From Candidatus Poribacteria bacterium (lineage in GTDB: Bacteria; Poribacteria; WGA-4E; PCPOR2b): a stretch of DNA of 64,000 nucleotides. Made by a program: the position numbers and the translations under genes. Below, one piece after another: positions 18,757 to 27,592 of this stretch. Below the pieces are notes generated by a model, which made no database searches, was not told the origin of the DNA, and saw nothing but the letters and a program-made list of their open reading frames with translations. The stretch spans positions 1,728,001 through 1,792,000 of the forward strand of contig OZ244042.1 of assembly GCA_965215015.1 (NCBI GenBank), read 5' to 3'. Position 1 is the stretch's first letter, and each line of letters begins with the position of its first letter.

Positions 18757-20406
18757 ATGGCTGCAAAAACATTAAAATACGGAGGCAATACACTCGCCTT
18801 TATTCTAGTCGTATTAGGCATTGTCGCATTAATCAATTTCCTATCAAGTCGTCGTTTCATTCGTGCAGACCTCACCGCGGATAAGCGATACACAATTTCA
18901 CAATCGACCAAAAAAGTTCTCAAGCGGCTAGACGACATTGTGACAATTGATGTCTATTTTTCACGGAAGCCACCGCGTGTCTCCCAGATTCGTCAATCCG
19001 TCCGTGATATGCTTGAGGAATATCGGGCCTTTTCCAAAAATTTGCAGATTAACTTTATTGACCCCGGAACAGATGACGAAGCCCAAAAACAGAAACTTCG
19101 ATTTATGGGGATTCCTGAAGTGCAGGTGAACGTCATCGAAAAAGACAAAGCGGAAACCGCTAACGTGTATATGGGTATCGCGATCCTCTATGCGGACAAA
19201 AAAGAGGTTCTCCCGGTTGTCCAGACGACTGCCAACCTCGAATACGACCTGACTTCCGCTATTCTCAAAGTAACAAGCGAAGAGGTCAAAACGATCGGAT
19301 TCCTCTCAGGACATGATGAGATAGACGTTTTTGGTCAGGCCTTCGGGGCACTGCGCGAAGAATTGAGCAAACAGTACGATGTGAGAAAAGTGTCAATCAA
19401 CGATGGCAAGGCGATTGACGCCGATGTCGCAACGCTGGTCATCGCAGGCCCCAAAAAAGAGTTGACAGAACGCGAAAAATACGAAATTGATCAGTTTATT
19501 ATGCGGGGTGGACGTGCCCTGTTTCTAATCGATCCGGTCCTTATCGAATACGAGGGCCTAAGTGTAAGCCCTCTGAAGACCGGGCTGAACGATTTGTTGG
19601 AACATTATGGTGTCAAGCTCAACGACAATCTGGTGCTCGATGTCTCCATGGGACAACTCACCTATTCACAGGGTTTCATGACGGTAGCAACAAGCTATGC
19701 GTATTTCATCAAGGTACTGAAGCAGTACCAATATCGCACCGGGGAAACCTCAGAGGGGTTATCGAAGGACAGTATTATCACGAACCAGTTGGAAAGCCTG
19801 ATCTTGCCTTGGGCGGGGTCGCTCGAACTGTTTCCCAGAGAGGATGCCTCCGTCGAAACGGTCGTGCTCGCCAAAACCAGCAGAGGAGGTTGGACAGCTC
19901 AAAGTCCTTACAACATCAATCCGACGAACCGCCAATTCCAACCACCCGCTTCTATGCAGCAGACGCATACCGTTGCGGTGTCGCTTTCAGGTGTGTTCAA
20001 GAGCTTTTACGCTGGTAAAACTATCCCACCTGCCGAATCTAGCGAACCCGACGAAGCCGTGGCAGCTAAACCGGCTGAGGAAGAACGAACCATAAAAACC
20101 GACAGTGAAACGACCCAGATCGTCGTAGTTGGAAATTCCCAATTTTTGCAACAGGGGCGCCCCGACGGTCAACTCTTTTTCTTAAATACGGTGGACTGGC
20201 TCACCCTTGGCGAGGAATTGATTAACATAAGATCCCACGGCGTCACAAACCGCCCATTGAAAGAAATCTCCGAAAGTGAGAAATTCTTTCTCAAGTTTGT
20301 CAGCATTGCTGGCGTACCAATGCTCGTCGTCGCCTTTGGGTTGGTTCGATTTTTCTTGAGAAGGAGGGCAAAACGGTTGGTTGAAGCGTATGGATCCATG
20401 TCATAA
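18757..20406 (+). CDS. GldG-family ABC auxiliary protein
   Basis: DLTADKRYTIS, LEYDLTSAI, GHDE, FIMRGG; N- and C-terminal TM helices. Confidence 0.9.
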   Translation: MAAKTLKYGGNTLAFILVVLGIVALINFLSSRRFIRADLTADKRYTISQSTKKVLKRLDDIVTIDVYFSRKPPRVSQIRQSVRDMLEEYRAFSKNLQINFIDPGTDDEAQKQKLRFMGIPEVQVNVIEKDKAETANVYMGIAILYADKKEVLPVVQTTANLEYDLTSAILKVTSEEVKTIGFLSGHDEIDVFGQAFGALREELSKQYDVRKVSINDGKAIDADVATLVIAGPKKELTEREKYEIDQFIMRGGRALFLIDPVLIEYEGLSVSPLKTGLNDLLEHYGVKLNDNLVLDVSMGQLTYSQGFMTVATSYAYFIKVLKQYQYRTGETSEGLSKDSIITNQLESLILPWAGSLELFPREDASVETVVLAKTSRGGWTAQSPYNINPTNRQFQPPASMQQTHTVAVSLSGVFKSFYAGKTIPPAESSEPDEAVAAKPAEEERTIKTDSETTQIVVVGNSQFLQQGRPDGQLFFLNTVDWLTLGEELINIRSHGVTNRPLKEISESEKFFLKFVSIAGVPMLVVAFGLVRFFLRRRAKRLVEAYGSMS

Positions 20407-20438
20407 AGTCAGGCTTCACCACCAATTCAGGTAAGATT

Positions 20439-21443
20439 ATGAAAACAAAACAACTTTTAGTCTTAGTTGGAGTGCTTGTCGGCCTAAGTTTACTGGTCCT
20501 TATGCTTGAGAATCCGTTCGGCAAAAGCGAGGAACAGAAAAAAATTGACGAGGCGAAACTGCTATTTCCATTCTTTAAGAAGGAGAATGTAGCGAAAATC
20601 GAGATTCTCGCTGCATTTGGGACGACAACCACGACGCTTGTCAAACAGAACAATCAGTGGCTTGTGGAATCAATGGACAACTATCCCGCGGATCAGAAGG
20701 CTGTTGAGGAATTGCTCGATAAGGTTGCTGAAATGAAAACGATTCAACGCGCTTCTAGTAATCCGGAAAAGCAATCCGTCTTTCAGGTCGATAGCTCCGG
20801 CGTCGAAGCCAAACTCACCGACGCGAGCGGCAATCTCCTAGCACACCTCTTCGCCGGAAAGACAACCCCGGAAATTTTTAACAGCTATGTCCGCGCTGCA
20901 GATTCCAACGACGTTTACATCGTCCAAGGCTATCTGAAAGCTACCTTCGACAAAGGCTATCGCTCGTGGAGGGATCGGACGATTTTTGCTTTCCTCAAGG
21001 AGGGCGTGACTCACCTGACAATCCGATCGGAGGAGGAAGATATTGAACTTCAGATCGACGCCGCAGGCAAGTGGCAGATGCTCAAACCGCTCATCTCTGC
21101 CGCCGATGGAACAGAGGTTGAGGCAATCACGAATCTGATGAGTTCGTTGGAGACCGACGATTTTGCAGAATCCAAAGCCCTCTCAGAGTATGAACTTGAC
21201 GCGCCGAAGGCATCCATTACCGTCACGCTCAAGGATGGGTCAGCGAGAACGCTCCTGATTGGTAAAGAGGAGAGCGGGTCCCATTACGTGAAGCGTGTGG
21301 ACAAGGCACAGATCTTTGAACTGAACAAAGGGCATGTGGACAAACTGATTAGGGAATCAGCCGATTTGAAATCTGAAATCCCTGTCCAAGAAGCTGACGA
21401 CGAAAGTGCTTCCGTGACGCTGGATGAAGGGGGAGGGGAGTAA
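20439..21443 (+). CDS. DUF4340-domain protein
   Basis: N-terminal anchor, duplicated module (YPAD...; WRDRTIF); typical position after gldG. Confidence 0.8.
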   Translation: MKTKQLLVLVGVLVGLSLLVLMLENPFGKSEEQKKIDEAKLLFPFFKKENVAKIEILAAFGTTTTTLVKQNNQWLVESMDNYPADQKAVEELLDKVAEMKTIQRASSNPEKQSVFQVDSSGVEAKLTDASGNLLAHLFAGKTTPEIFNSYVRAADSNDVYIVQGYLKATFDKGYRSWRDRTIFAFLKEGVTHLTIRSEEEDIELQIDAAGKWQMLKPLISAADGTEVEAITNLMSSLETDDFAESKALSEYELDAPKASITVTLKDGSARTLLIGKEESGSHYVKRVDKAQIFELNKGHVDKLIRESADLKSEIPVQEADDESASVTLDEGGGE

Positions 21444-21619
21444 ATCTCTTTCCATTTTCCCGTTGACACCAGAAACCGAAGACAGTCCATTAGGGTTATT
21501 GAGCTACGAACAGTGGTTTTCTCGATGTATCGTGCATCAACCCAATGCAACACACATATTGCCCCCTGGGCCCATGTTGGTTCATTAGTTCATTCGTGCA
21601 ATTAATGAACTCTTGAAGC

Positions 21620-21642
21620 TACGGCAGAGTATGCCTACTACT
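21620..21642. repeat. GTAGTAGGCA-type REP palindrome (family also at 1646-1672, 33591-33619, 45957-45982, 51030-51055)
   Basis: Shared GTA(G/A)TAGGCA / TGCCTACTAC terminus with a short stem-loop. Confidence 0.7.
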
Positions 21643-21645
21643 AGC

Positions 21646-22854
21646 TTACAAAAGCGTCAAGACCTCATCTTGGACGGGGAGGGTTGTCACAATGACGCCA
21701 TCGGGTGTGAGATCTGCTATGTAGATATCAATCTCACTCCTGACGCCGAACTCAGGAAGGTAAATTCCCGGCTCAATTGAGAAGCAGACACCGGGGATTA
21801 ACGCACGCTCGTCTTTCGTTTCTAGGTTGTCGATATTGACGCCGTTGCCGTGTATCTCCGTGCCGATGCTATGTCCCGTCCGATGGAGGAAAAACTCGCC
21901 ATAGCCCTGTTCCGTTATGTAATTCCGCACCACATCATCCACGGCGTAGCCGTAAACTGTCTTGCCCGATGCAAAGCCATGACGGATGAACGCTATAGCG
22001 AGATCTCGTGCATCGCGGACAATCTTGAATATTTCGACGTGGCGTTGAGGGGCGTTCTCACCGGCGTAAGCGACCCACGTCGTGTCCGCATAGACGGCGG
22101 CCGGCGACTTTTGCTTTGCCCACAGGTCAATCAGGACGAAATCCCCCGGCCGGATCCGCTGATGTTGGCCCGCTGTCGGAGAATAGTGCGGATCGCTCGC
22201 TTTCGCGTTGACCGCCACAATTGGAGGATGCCCCGGCGTCAAGTCCATAACATCAAAGCGTTCCATGATAAGCTGTTGCACATCATACTCCGTTACTGGG
22301 ATCCCATCGCGCAACTGCTCACCCAACCACGAAAACGCTTCGTCTTTAATCTCCAGGATTAAACGCGCCGCTTCCTGATGACCGGCAAGTTGATCAGCAG
22401 TCCAGCGCGCCTCAGACTGTTGCACCAGATCTGCGGAAGAGACCACTTCAACTCCCAACGAACGGATCCACTCGACTGTGCCGGCGTCTACCCTCGAAAC
22501 GTAAGGGATAGCGGCGTAGGGCGAATACTCCATAGCAACCCGATGGCTATTTTTAAGGATGGCTTCCATCTCACAGTGTAATTCACCCCAATCGGTGTAG
22601 GTCCTGACTTCGCCGAGGACATCGGCAAAATGGGAAAGCTCAATCCGGTGGGCAAGCCATATCGGCGTTCCTTCCGATGGAATGTAACAAAACCAACGCC
22701 GGGTGATGCCGGGTCCGTCAACCCCGGTGACGCTTCGGGCAATTGGATTGGACCCCCGAAAATCGTACATCAACCAACCGTCAAGATCCTTTGAATCCCG
22801 GTGGGAGCTGCCTCGCCTCTCGGTGAGAAAACGTTGAATTTCATCAACCTTCAT
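21646..22854 (-). CDS. M24-family (Xaa-Pro) aminopeptidase
   Basis: DPHY, IDLWAK, YADTT, HRTGHSIG, FSIEPGIY, GVRSE; start moved to MKVDEIQ, overlapping the upstream stop. Confidence 0.92.
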   Translation of the reverse strand: MKVDEIQRFLTERRGSSHRDSKDLDGWLMYDFRGSNPIARSVTGVDGPGITRRWFCYIPSEGTPIWLAHRIELSHFADVLGEVRTYTDWGELHCEMEAILKNSHRVAMEYSPYAAIPYVSRVDAGTVEWIRSLGVEVVSSADLVQQSEARWTADQLAGHQEAARLILEIKDEAFSWLGEQLRDGIPVTEYDVQQLIMERFDVMDLTPGHPPIVAVNAKASDPHYSPTAGQHQRIRPGDFVLIDLWAKQKSPAAVYADTTWVAYAGENAPQRHVEIFKIVRDARDLAIAFIRHGFASGKTVYGYAVDDVVRNYITEQGYGEFFLHRTGHSIGTEIHGNGVNIDNLETKDERALIPGVCFSIEPGIYLPEFGVRSEIDIYIADLTPDGVIVTTLPVQDEVLTLL

Positions 22855-24008
22855 TAATCCCTCCTCTGTTGTCGCATCTGTTCCATATACCACTCCCTAC
22901 CCAAAATATCTTTCTTATAGTGCCACCGTGATTTCTGTGGATGCATGACCAGCCTTCGATCTTCAACCGGAAATTTTACAGGGGTGTGTCCCCGCCGATG
23001 AGATTCCCTCAAGCCGATAGCTATCTCTAACGCATGGCGTAAGTCGTCGCCGGTGGTTATCTTGAGCGGGACATCCGCTTCCAGCGAATCAACAATCGCC
23101 TGAACAATCCCGATCATCGGGGTCCCCGGATCGAGCCACCCCTCGTTATCGTACCCCCGTTCCGCCGCGTCGTATTCCTCGAACAGACCCTTAACCTCTC
23201 TGAACTCGGCGGGACCCCGTTGGGTGTTACCGTTTTCAACCTTCAGGAGATGGAGACCAAGACCAGTGTTGTTCCAATTATACAGCACCCCGTGAGAACC
23301 GATTATCTCGATGCCTTTCCACCCAATCTCCTTGAAATTACTGAAGCACTCAACCCCGTTGGAGAAACGGATGTAGCCGCCGATTTTTCCAAATCCGGTC
23401 TTAGCTTCGTCGTACGGCTCTTCGTGGTCGCTGAAGGGGTCTCCGTCCACCCAGCCGACCACCCAATCAACCTCCGCCTTACCTGCGAACTTGCGGACTA
23501 AGTTAAGCCCATGACATCCTCCCTGATTGTTAGGGCTATACAGGTCAATCCGCTGGATTTCGCCTATTTCGCCCGCCGCAACCAATTCGTAAGCCTTCTG
23601 GTAATCTGGATGGCTTGAAATGACAAGCCCCGCGGCGAAGTGAATACCACGGGAGCGACACGCCTCCGCCATCCGGTCAGCATCTTCAAGGCTAGCGGTG
23701 AGCGGTTTCTCGCAGAAAATCGCCTTGACACCCGCTTCCGCTGAAGCGACGACGGCATCGGCGTTCGGTCGTACCGGCAAGACCGGCATCGCAATATCGA
23801 TCTGTTCGTCCTTGAACATTTCGTCGAAACTATTATAGCCCGGAACATTGAAGCGTTGACAACCTAACTCCAGATTCTCAGGATCGGTATCGGCGATGGC
23901 GACGACCTCGCACAACGGGTGCATGTCGAAGGCGCGGGCGCGCCCTGTCCCGGCTCTCCCGCATCCGATGACACCAACGCGGTATTTGGGGTTTTTGGAA
24001 TTGGGCAT
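22854..24008 (-). CDS. Gfo/Idh/MocA-family oxidoreductase
   Basis: VGVIGCG and IFCEKPL; start moved to MPNSK. Confidence 0.9.
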   Translation of the reverse strand: MPNSKNPKYRVGVIGCGRAGTGRARAFDMHPLCEVVAIADTDPENLELGCQRFNVPGYNSFDEMFKDEQIDIAMPVLPVRPNADAVVASAEAGVKAIFCEKPLTASLEDADRMAEACRSRGIHFAAGLVISSHPDYQKAYELVAAGEIGEIQRIDLYSPNNQGGCHGLNLVRKFAGKAEVDWVVGWVDGDPFSDHEEPYDEAKTGFGKIGGYIRFSNGVECFSNFKEIGWKGIEIIGSHGVLYNWNNTGLGLHLLKVENGNTQRGPAEFREVKGLFEEYDAAERGYDNEGWLDPGTPMIGIVQAIVDSLEADVPLKITTGDDLRHALEIAIGLRESHRRGHTPVKFPVEDRRLVMHPQKSRWHYKKDILGREWYMEQMRQQRRD

Positions 24009-24094
24009 AGTCGTTTGTGTCTCCTCTTTTTTATTTTTTGTAATTGCACGATTTATTAGAGAGGGTATCATTGCTAGTAATATCCCTAATAGCG

Positions 24095-24180
24095 TGTCTA
24101 AATCACGACTTCACACGGAGGATTGGATTTCGCGGATTTTTTATCTGAATGTTCAATCCATTTTTCCTCCGTTATCGTTG
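24095..24180. repeat. Degenerate relative of the TGTCTGAATC/GGATT palindromic element
   Basis: TGTCTAAATC...GGATTGGATTTCGCGGATTT...AATCC. Confidence 0.35.
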
Positions 24181-24298
24181 CTTATGGAGATTTTTTCCAA
24201 CTAGTAGGTCAGGACTTTTAGCCCGACCCACCCAATTATAACCTAAGTTACTGACTCGGTGCAAACGGAACGTTGCTCGGTAAATGCGCCACCGTCGC

Positions 24299-24542
24299 TC
24301 AGATTCGTTCATGTCTTACCTTTGCCAGTGACGCATTAAGATCTCACACTACTTCGTCCTCTGGTGTGTCGCCAAAGGCATTTTGGAAATGTGCCACGAT
24401 ATTCTCCCATTCCTCCTGCCATGTTGTCGAGTCCGTTTCAAGGAATTTACGCAGCTGTTCGCGCTCAACTTTCGACAGTTTTTTGATTAGTGGTAACAGT
24501 TTTCCGAGGGTAACCGGTTCAGCAATTTGAATCAGCCTACAT
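24299..24542 (-). pseudogene. Small helical protein pseudogene, possibly antitoxin-like
   Basis: ATG just after the hsdS stop, then frameshift; ~78-codon frame IQIAEPVTLGKLLPLIKKL...EDEVV*DLNASLAKVRHERI with one internal TGA. Confidence 0.4.
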
Positions 24543-24550
24543 CTACCCTT

Positions 24551-25210
24551 TCAATCGGTGGCGATATCAAGTTTGGATGCGTCAATCTCACCGGAGATTA
24601 GTTTTGGGAGCAAGAGGTTGCGGGTTTGGCGGAGGGTGGTATTTTTCAGTGTTAGGTTTATCAATTCCGAAAAGATTGGATTGGTAATTTCTTCAAACTT
24701 GCTAATCACTGATTCTGGCGGGGCTAGCAATGGAATCCCCAACAGATCTGTCTTTCTGATTGCATTGAAGATGGCTCCGCTTCCCATCGTGTCCTCTTCT
24801 TGGAATCTATCTTTCAATTGTTGAAGCAAAAACGCCTGACTCCCACCCTTGCTCCGGATTGCAGAGAGCCCACGACCTATTACAAGTTTCTTGTTTGCGA
24901 TATTTATTCGTCCGACAGGCGCCCGAACACTGAATAATATGTCTCCTACCTTAGCGATACGCTTTTGAATTGTGCAATAAACTCGATCCGTTGGGAATCG
25001 GTTTCCAAAGTCTGTGACCCCCTGATGGAAAGGCAGACCGTCGCCGGTCTCATTGTAGAACTCAGATTTAGGGGACAACCCCATTATGACATGGCACATT
25101 TCACCAAGTCTGCTTACCTCCCATCCTTGCGGTATCAACCCCAACTCCGACTCTACCATTGGCACCCGCTCACGAAGAATTACACGATCCCATTTTCCTT
25201 TTGCCATCAT
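24551..25210 (-). CDS. hsdS: Type I R-M specificity subunit, half-size with a single TRD (possibly a pseudogene)
   Basis: ESELGLIPQGW, GDILFSVRAPVG, IGRGL, LRQTRNLLLPKLISGEI; only 219 aa. Confidence 0.85.
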   Translation of the reverse strand: MMAKGKWDRVILRERVPMVESELGLIPQGWEVSRLGEMCHVIMGLSPKSEFYNETGDGLPFHQGVTDFGNRFPTDRVYCTIQKRIAKVGDILFSVRAPVGRINIANKKLVIGRGLSAIRSKGGSQAFLLQQLKDRFQEEDTMGSGAIFNAIRKTDLLGIPLLAPPESVISKFEEITNPIFSELINLTLKNTTLRQTRNLLLPKLISGEIDASKLDIATD

Positions 25211-26182
25211 ACTGCTCCTTCCAAAATCATCGCGACATTTGTCTGAATCGGGATTTACTGGATTTTAGGATTCACCGGATTGACTTTATCCGCTGCCCTT
25301 CACTATCCTGAAAATCCTTCCATCTTGAGAATTCTGATTCTGACAAGTTACAGACTGCTCCTTCCAAAATCATCGCCGCATTCTGTCTGAATCTGGATTT
25401 ACCGGATTTTAAGATTCACCGGATTGACTCTCTCCATTGCCCTTCACTATCCTGAAAATCCTTCCATCTTGAGAATCCTGATTCTGACAAGTTACACAAT
25501 CTCCTCCAAAATCATCGCCGCATTCTGTCTGAATCTGGTTTTACAGGATTTTAGGATTCACCGGATTGACTCTCTCCATTGCCCTTCACTATCCTGAAAA
25601 TCCTTCCATCTTGAAGATCCTGATTCTGACAGGTTACCCCGTCTTGCTGTTTACAGGACGAAGATAAGTGCTCCTTCTTACCTCCCTTAATCCCCCCGCA
25701 AGCAGGGGGAGAGGCAAGACTCTACGGCTTCTGTTACACTCATTCTTTACATGAGCAAATCTGAATCTGGATTGATTGGATTTTAGGATTCACCGGATTG
25801 ACTCTCTCCATTGCCCTTGGCTATCCTGCAAATCCTTCCATCTTGAGAATTCTGATTCTGACAAGTTACACAATCTCCTCCAAAATCATCGCGACATTTG
25901 TCTGAATCGGGATTTACTGGATTTTAGGATTCACCGGATTGACTCTCTCCATTGCCCTTGGCTATCCTGCAAATCCTTCCATCTTGAGAATCCTGATTCT
26001 GACAAGTTACACACCCTCCTCCAAAATTATCGCGACATTCTGTCTGAATCTGGTTTTACCGGATTTTAAGATTCACCGGATTGACTCTCTCCATTGCCCT
26101 TGGCTATCCTGCAAATCCTTCCATCTTGAGAATCCTGATTCTGACAAGTTACACACCCTCCTCCAAAATCATCGCGACATTC
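25207..26182. repeat. Tandem array: six 106-bp palindromic elements alternating with copies of the hsdM 3' end
   Basis: Elements at 25240-25345, 25384-25489, 25526-25631, ~25758-25863, 25899-26004, 26041-26146 (TGTCTGAATC...GATTCTGACA); four 35-38 bp spacers match hsdM terminal codons; one ~126 bp unique spacer. Confidence 0.95.
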
Positions 26183-26376
26183 TCAGAAATCCGTTTCTCC
26201 AACTGATACGCCTCAGCGTTCAGGGCTTCCAATTCCTCGTTAAGCTCCCCCAACCGTTCCGCGAAGTCAAACGCCTCTACTTCCCGGTCTGCAACCCCGA
26301 CATACCGTCCCGGATTGAGGCTCCACCCCTGCGCCTCAATTTCTGCAACCGTAGCCACCCTGCAGAGTCCGGGCAC
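26149..26376 (-). pseudogene. hsdM: C-terminal remnant of type I R-M methyltransferase
   Basis: [29 protein letters not shown]...[12 protein letters not shown] is a typical HsdM C-terminus; catalytic domains absent. Confidence 0.85.
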
Positions 26377-26597
26377 ATCACGGCAGCTTCGGCCTTAGTG
26401 CGGTACTCTGTTCTCACGAACCCATAGCCGGACGATTCAGAGATTTCCCGGAGAAGTTCGAGAATGCGGACCATGGAACCGTCATTGAACGTGATGTGGC
26501 GATGGTAGCGATTGCTTGGCGGATAAAACTGAGGCCACCCACCAGTTGGGTATTGCGCTTCGAGGATATGAGAAAGGCTTGTTGGTAGCGCGGCTCG

Positions 26598-27425
26598 TTA
26601 AAAAAAAGGATTATGTGTTTTTTCTTCGCCGACTGTCGTGGCGGGACCGTGGCCGGGAAAAAGTTTCACATCGGGGGGGAGTGAAAGCAGGTAATTCCTG
26701 ACCCCGGAGAGCAGATCGGTATACGAAATGTTCGCACCCCCGACCGATCCCGCAAATAGCGCGTCACCAACAATTACTGTAGAACGGGTGTGGAAGCTGC
26801 AACCGCCGGGCGTGTGTCCCGGTGTGTCGAGTGTTTTCACAGAGAGCTGACCGACCGCTACCTCTTCTCCATGATTGAGCAACCGAAATTGTTGGGTGCT
26901 ACGCGGCTGTGGCTCCCGCGCGTGGATATACGTGGGGCAGCCCGTTGCCCGTTCAATTTCCATCAGACCGTTCGCATGATCGCCGTGTGCGTGTGTCAGC
27001 AGAATCGAAGTCGGTTTGACGCCGGTCTCTGCCACCTTCTGCAGCACATCATCTGGATGTGCTGCCGTGTCGATGATGGCAGATTCACTGGTTGCTTTGC
27101 ACACTAAGAGGTACGCATGGACCGGCCAGCCACCGACATCCGCTGTGATGGTGACAACCTCCAAAGCGTCGTCGTATCCCGGTAGGACCGGTTCCGGGCC
27201 CCAGCGTTCCATCGCAATGTCCGCCAACCTTGCGCCGTTGAGATTGAGGCACGCCGCAATGTTGTGGACCTGTTCCTCTGTCGGTTTCAGTGTGTAGTCT
27301 TCCATCTGGGACAGTTGTGCCTCCGTGAGTCCTGCTTGGGCGGCAACCTCACCCACACTTAAACCGTTCCCACGCCTTGCCTTTCCAATGATGTCTCCAA
27401 ATTCATCTTCAAGTGTGTAAGCCAT
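26598..27425 (-). CDS. HTH (XRE-like)-fused metallo-beta-lactamase-fold hydrolase
   Basis: N-terminal ARRGNGLSVGEVAAQAGL HTH; THAHGDH, TPGHTPG, GDALF, PGHGP. Confidence 0.88.
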   Translation of the reverse strand: MAYTLEDEFGDIIGKARRGNGLSVGEVAAQAGLTEAQLSQMEDYTLKPTEEQVHNIAACLNLNGARLADIAMERWGPEPVLPGYDDALEVVTITADVGGWPVHAYLLVCKATSESAIIDTAAHPDDVLQKVAETGVKPTSILLTHAHGDHANGLMEIERATGCPTYIHAREPQPRSTQQFRLLNHGEEVAVGQLSVKTLDTPGHTPGGCSFHTRSTVIVGDALFAGSVGGANISYTDLLSGVRNYLLSLPPDVKLFPGHGPATTVGEEKTHNPFF

Positions 27426-27537
27426 AATCAATTATCTCCTTTATTGGGGTTAAGCCTACAGGCCGGGCAACCACGAGGGTTTCCCCTACAGGAATCAATC
27501 AAATGTAGAGGTAGGTCTTGTGCCTGCCCAAAACCCT

Positions 27538-27563
27538 GTAAGGGCGGGGGGACCCGCCCCTAC
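27538..27563. repeat. GTA(G/A)GG...CCTAC REP palindrome (related at 45003-45030, 54290-54317, 58083-58109)
   Basis: Short GC-rich stem-loops with GTAG/GTAA termini in intergenic spaces. Confidence 0.65.
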
Positions 27564-27592
27564 GATTTCTGTTGCGTGATTTCTTAACTGAC

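Noticed and set aside
16228-21443. Gliding motility system
   Set aside because: GldA/F/G-like ABC operons are widespread in non-gliding bacteria; no T9SS or gldK-N genes here.
25240-26146. CRISPR array
   Set aside because: Repeats are 106 bp, spacers are near-identical copies of the adjacent gene end, and there are no cas genes.
25776-26427. Plus-strand repeat-protein ORFs (97 aa and 162 aa)
   Set aside because: They are translations of the DNA repeat and antisense to the hsdM remnant.
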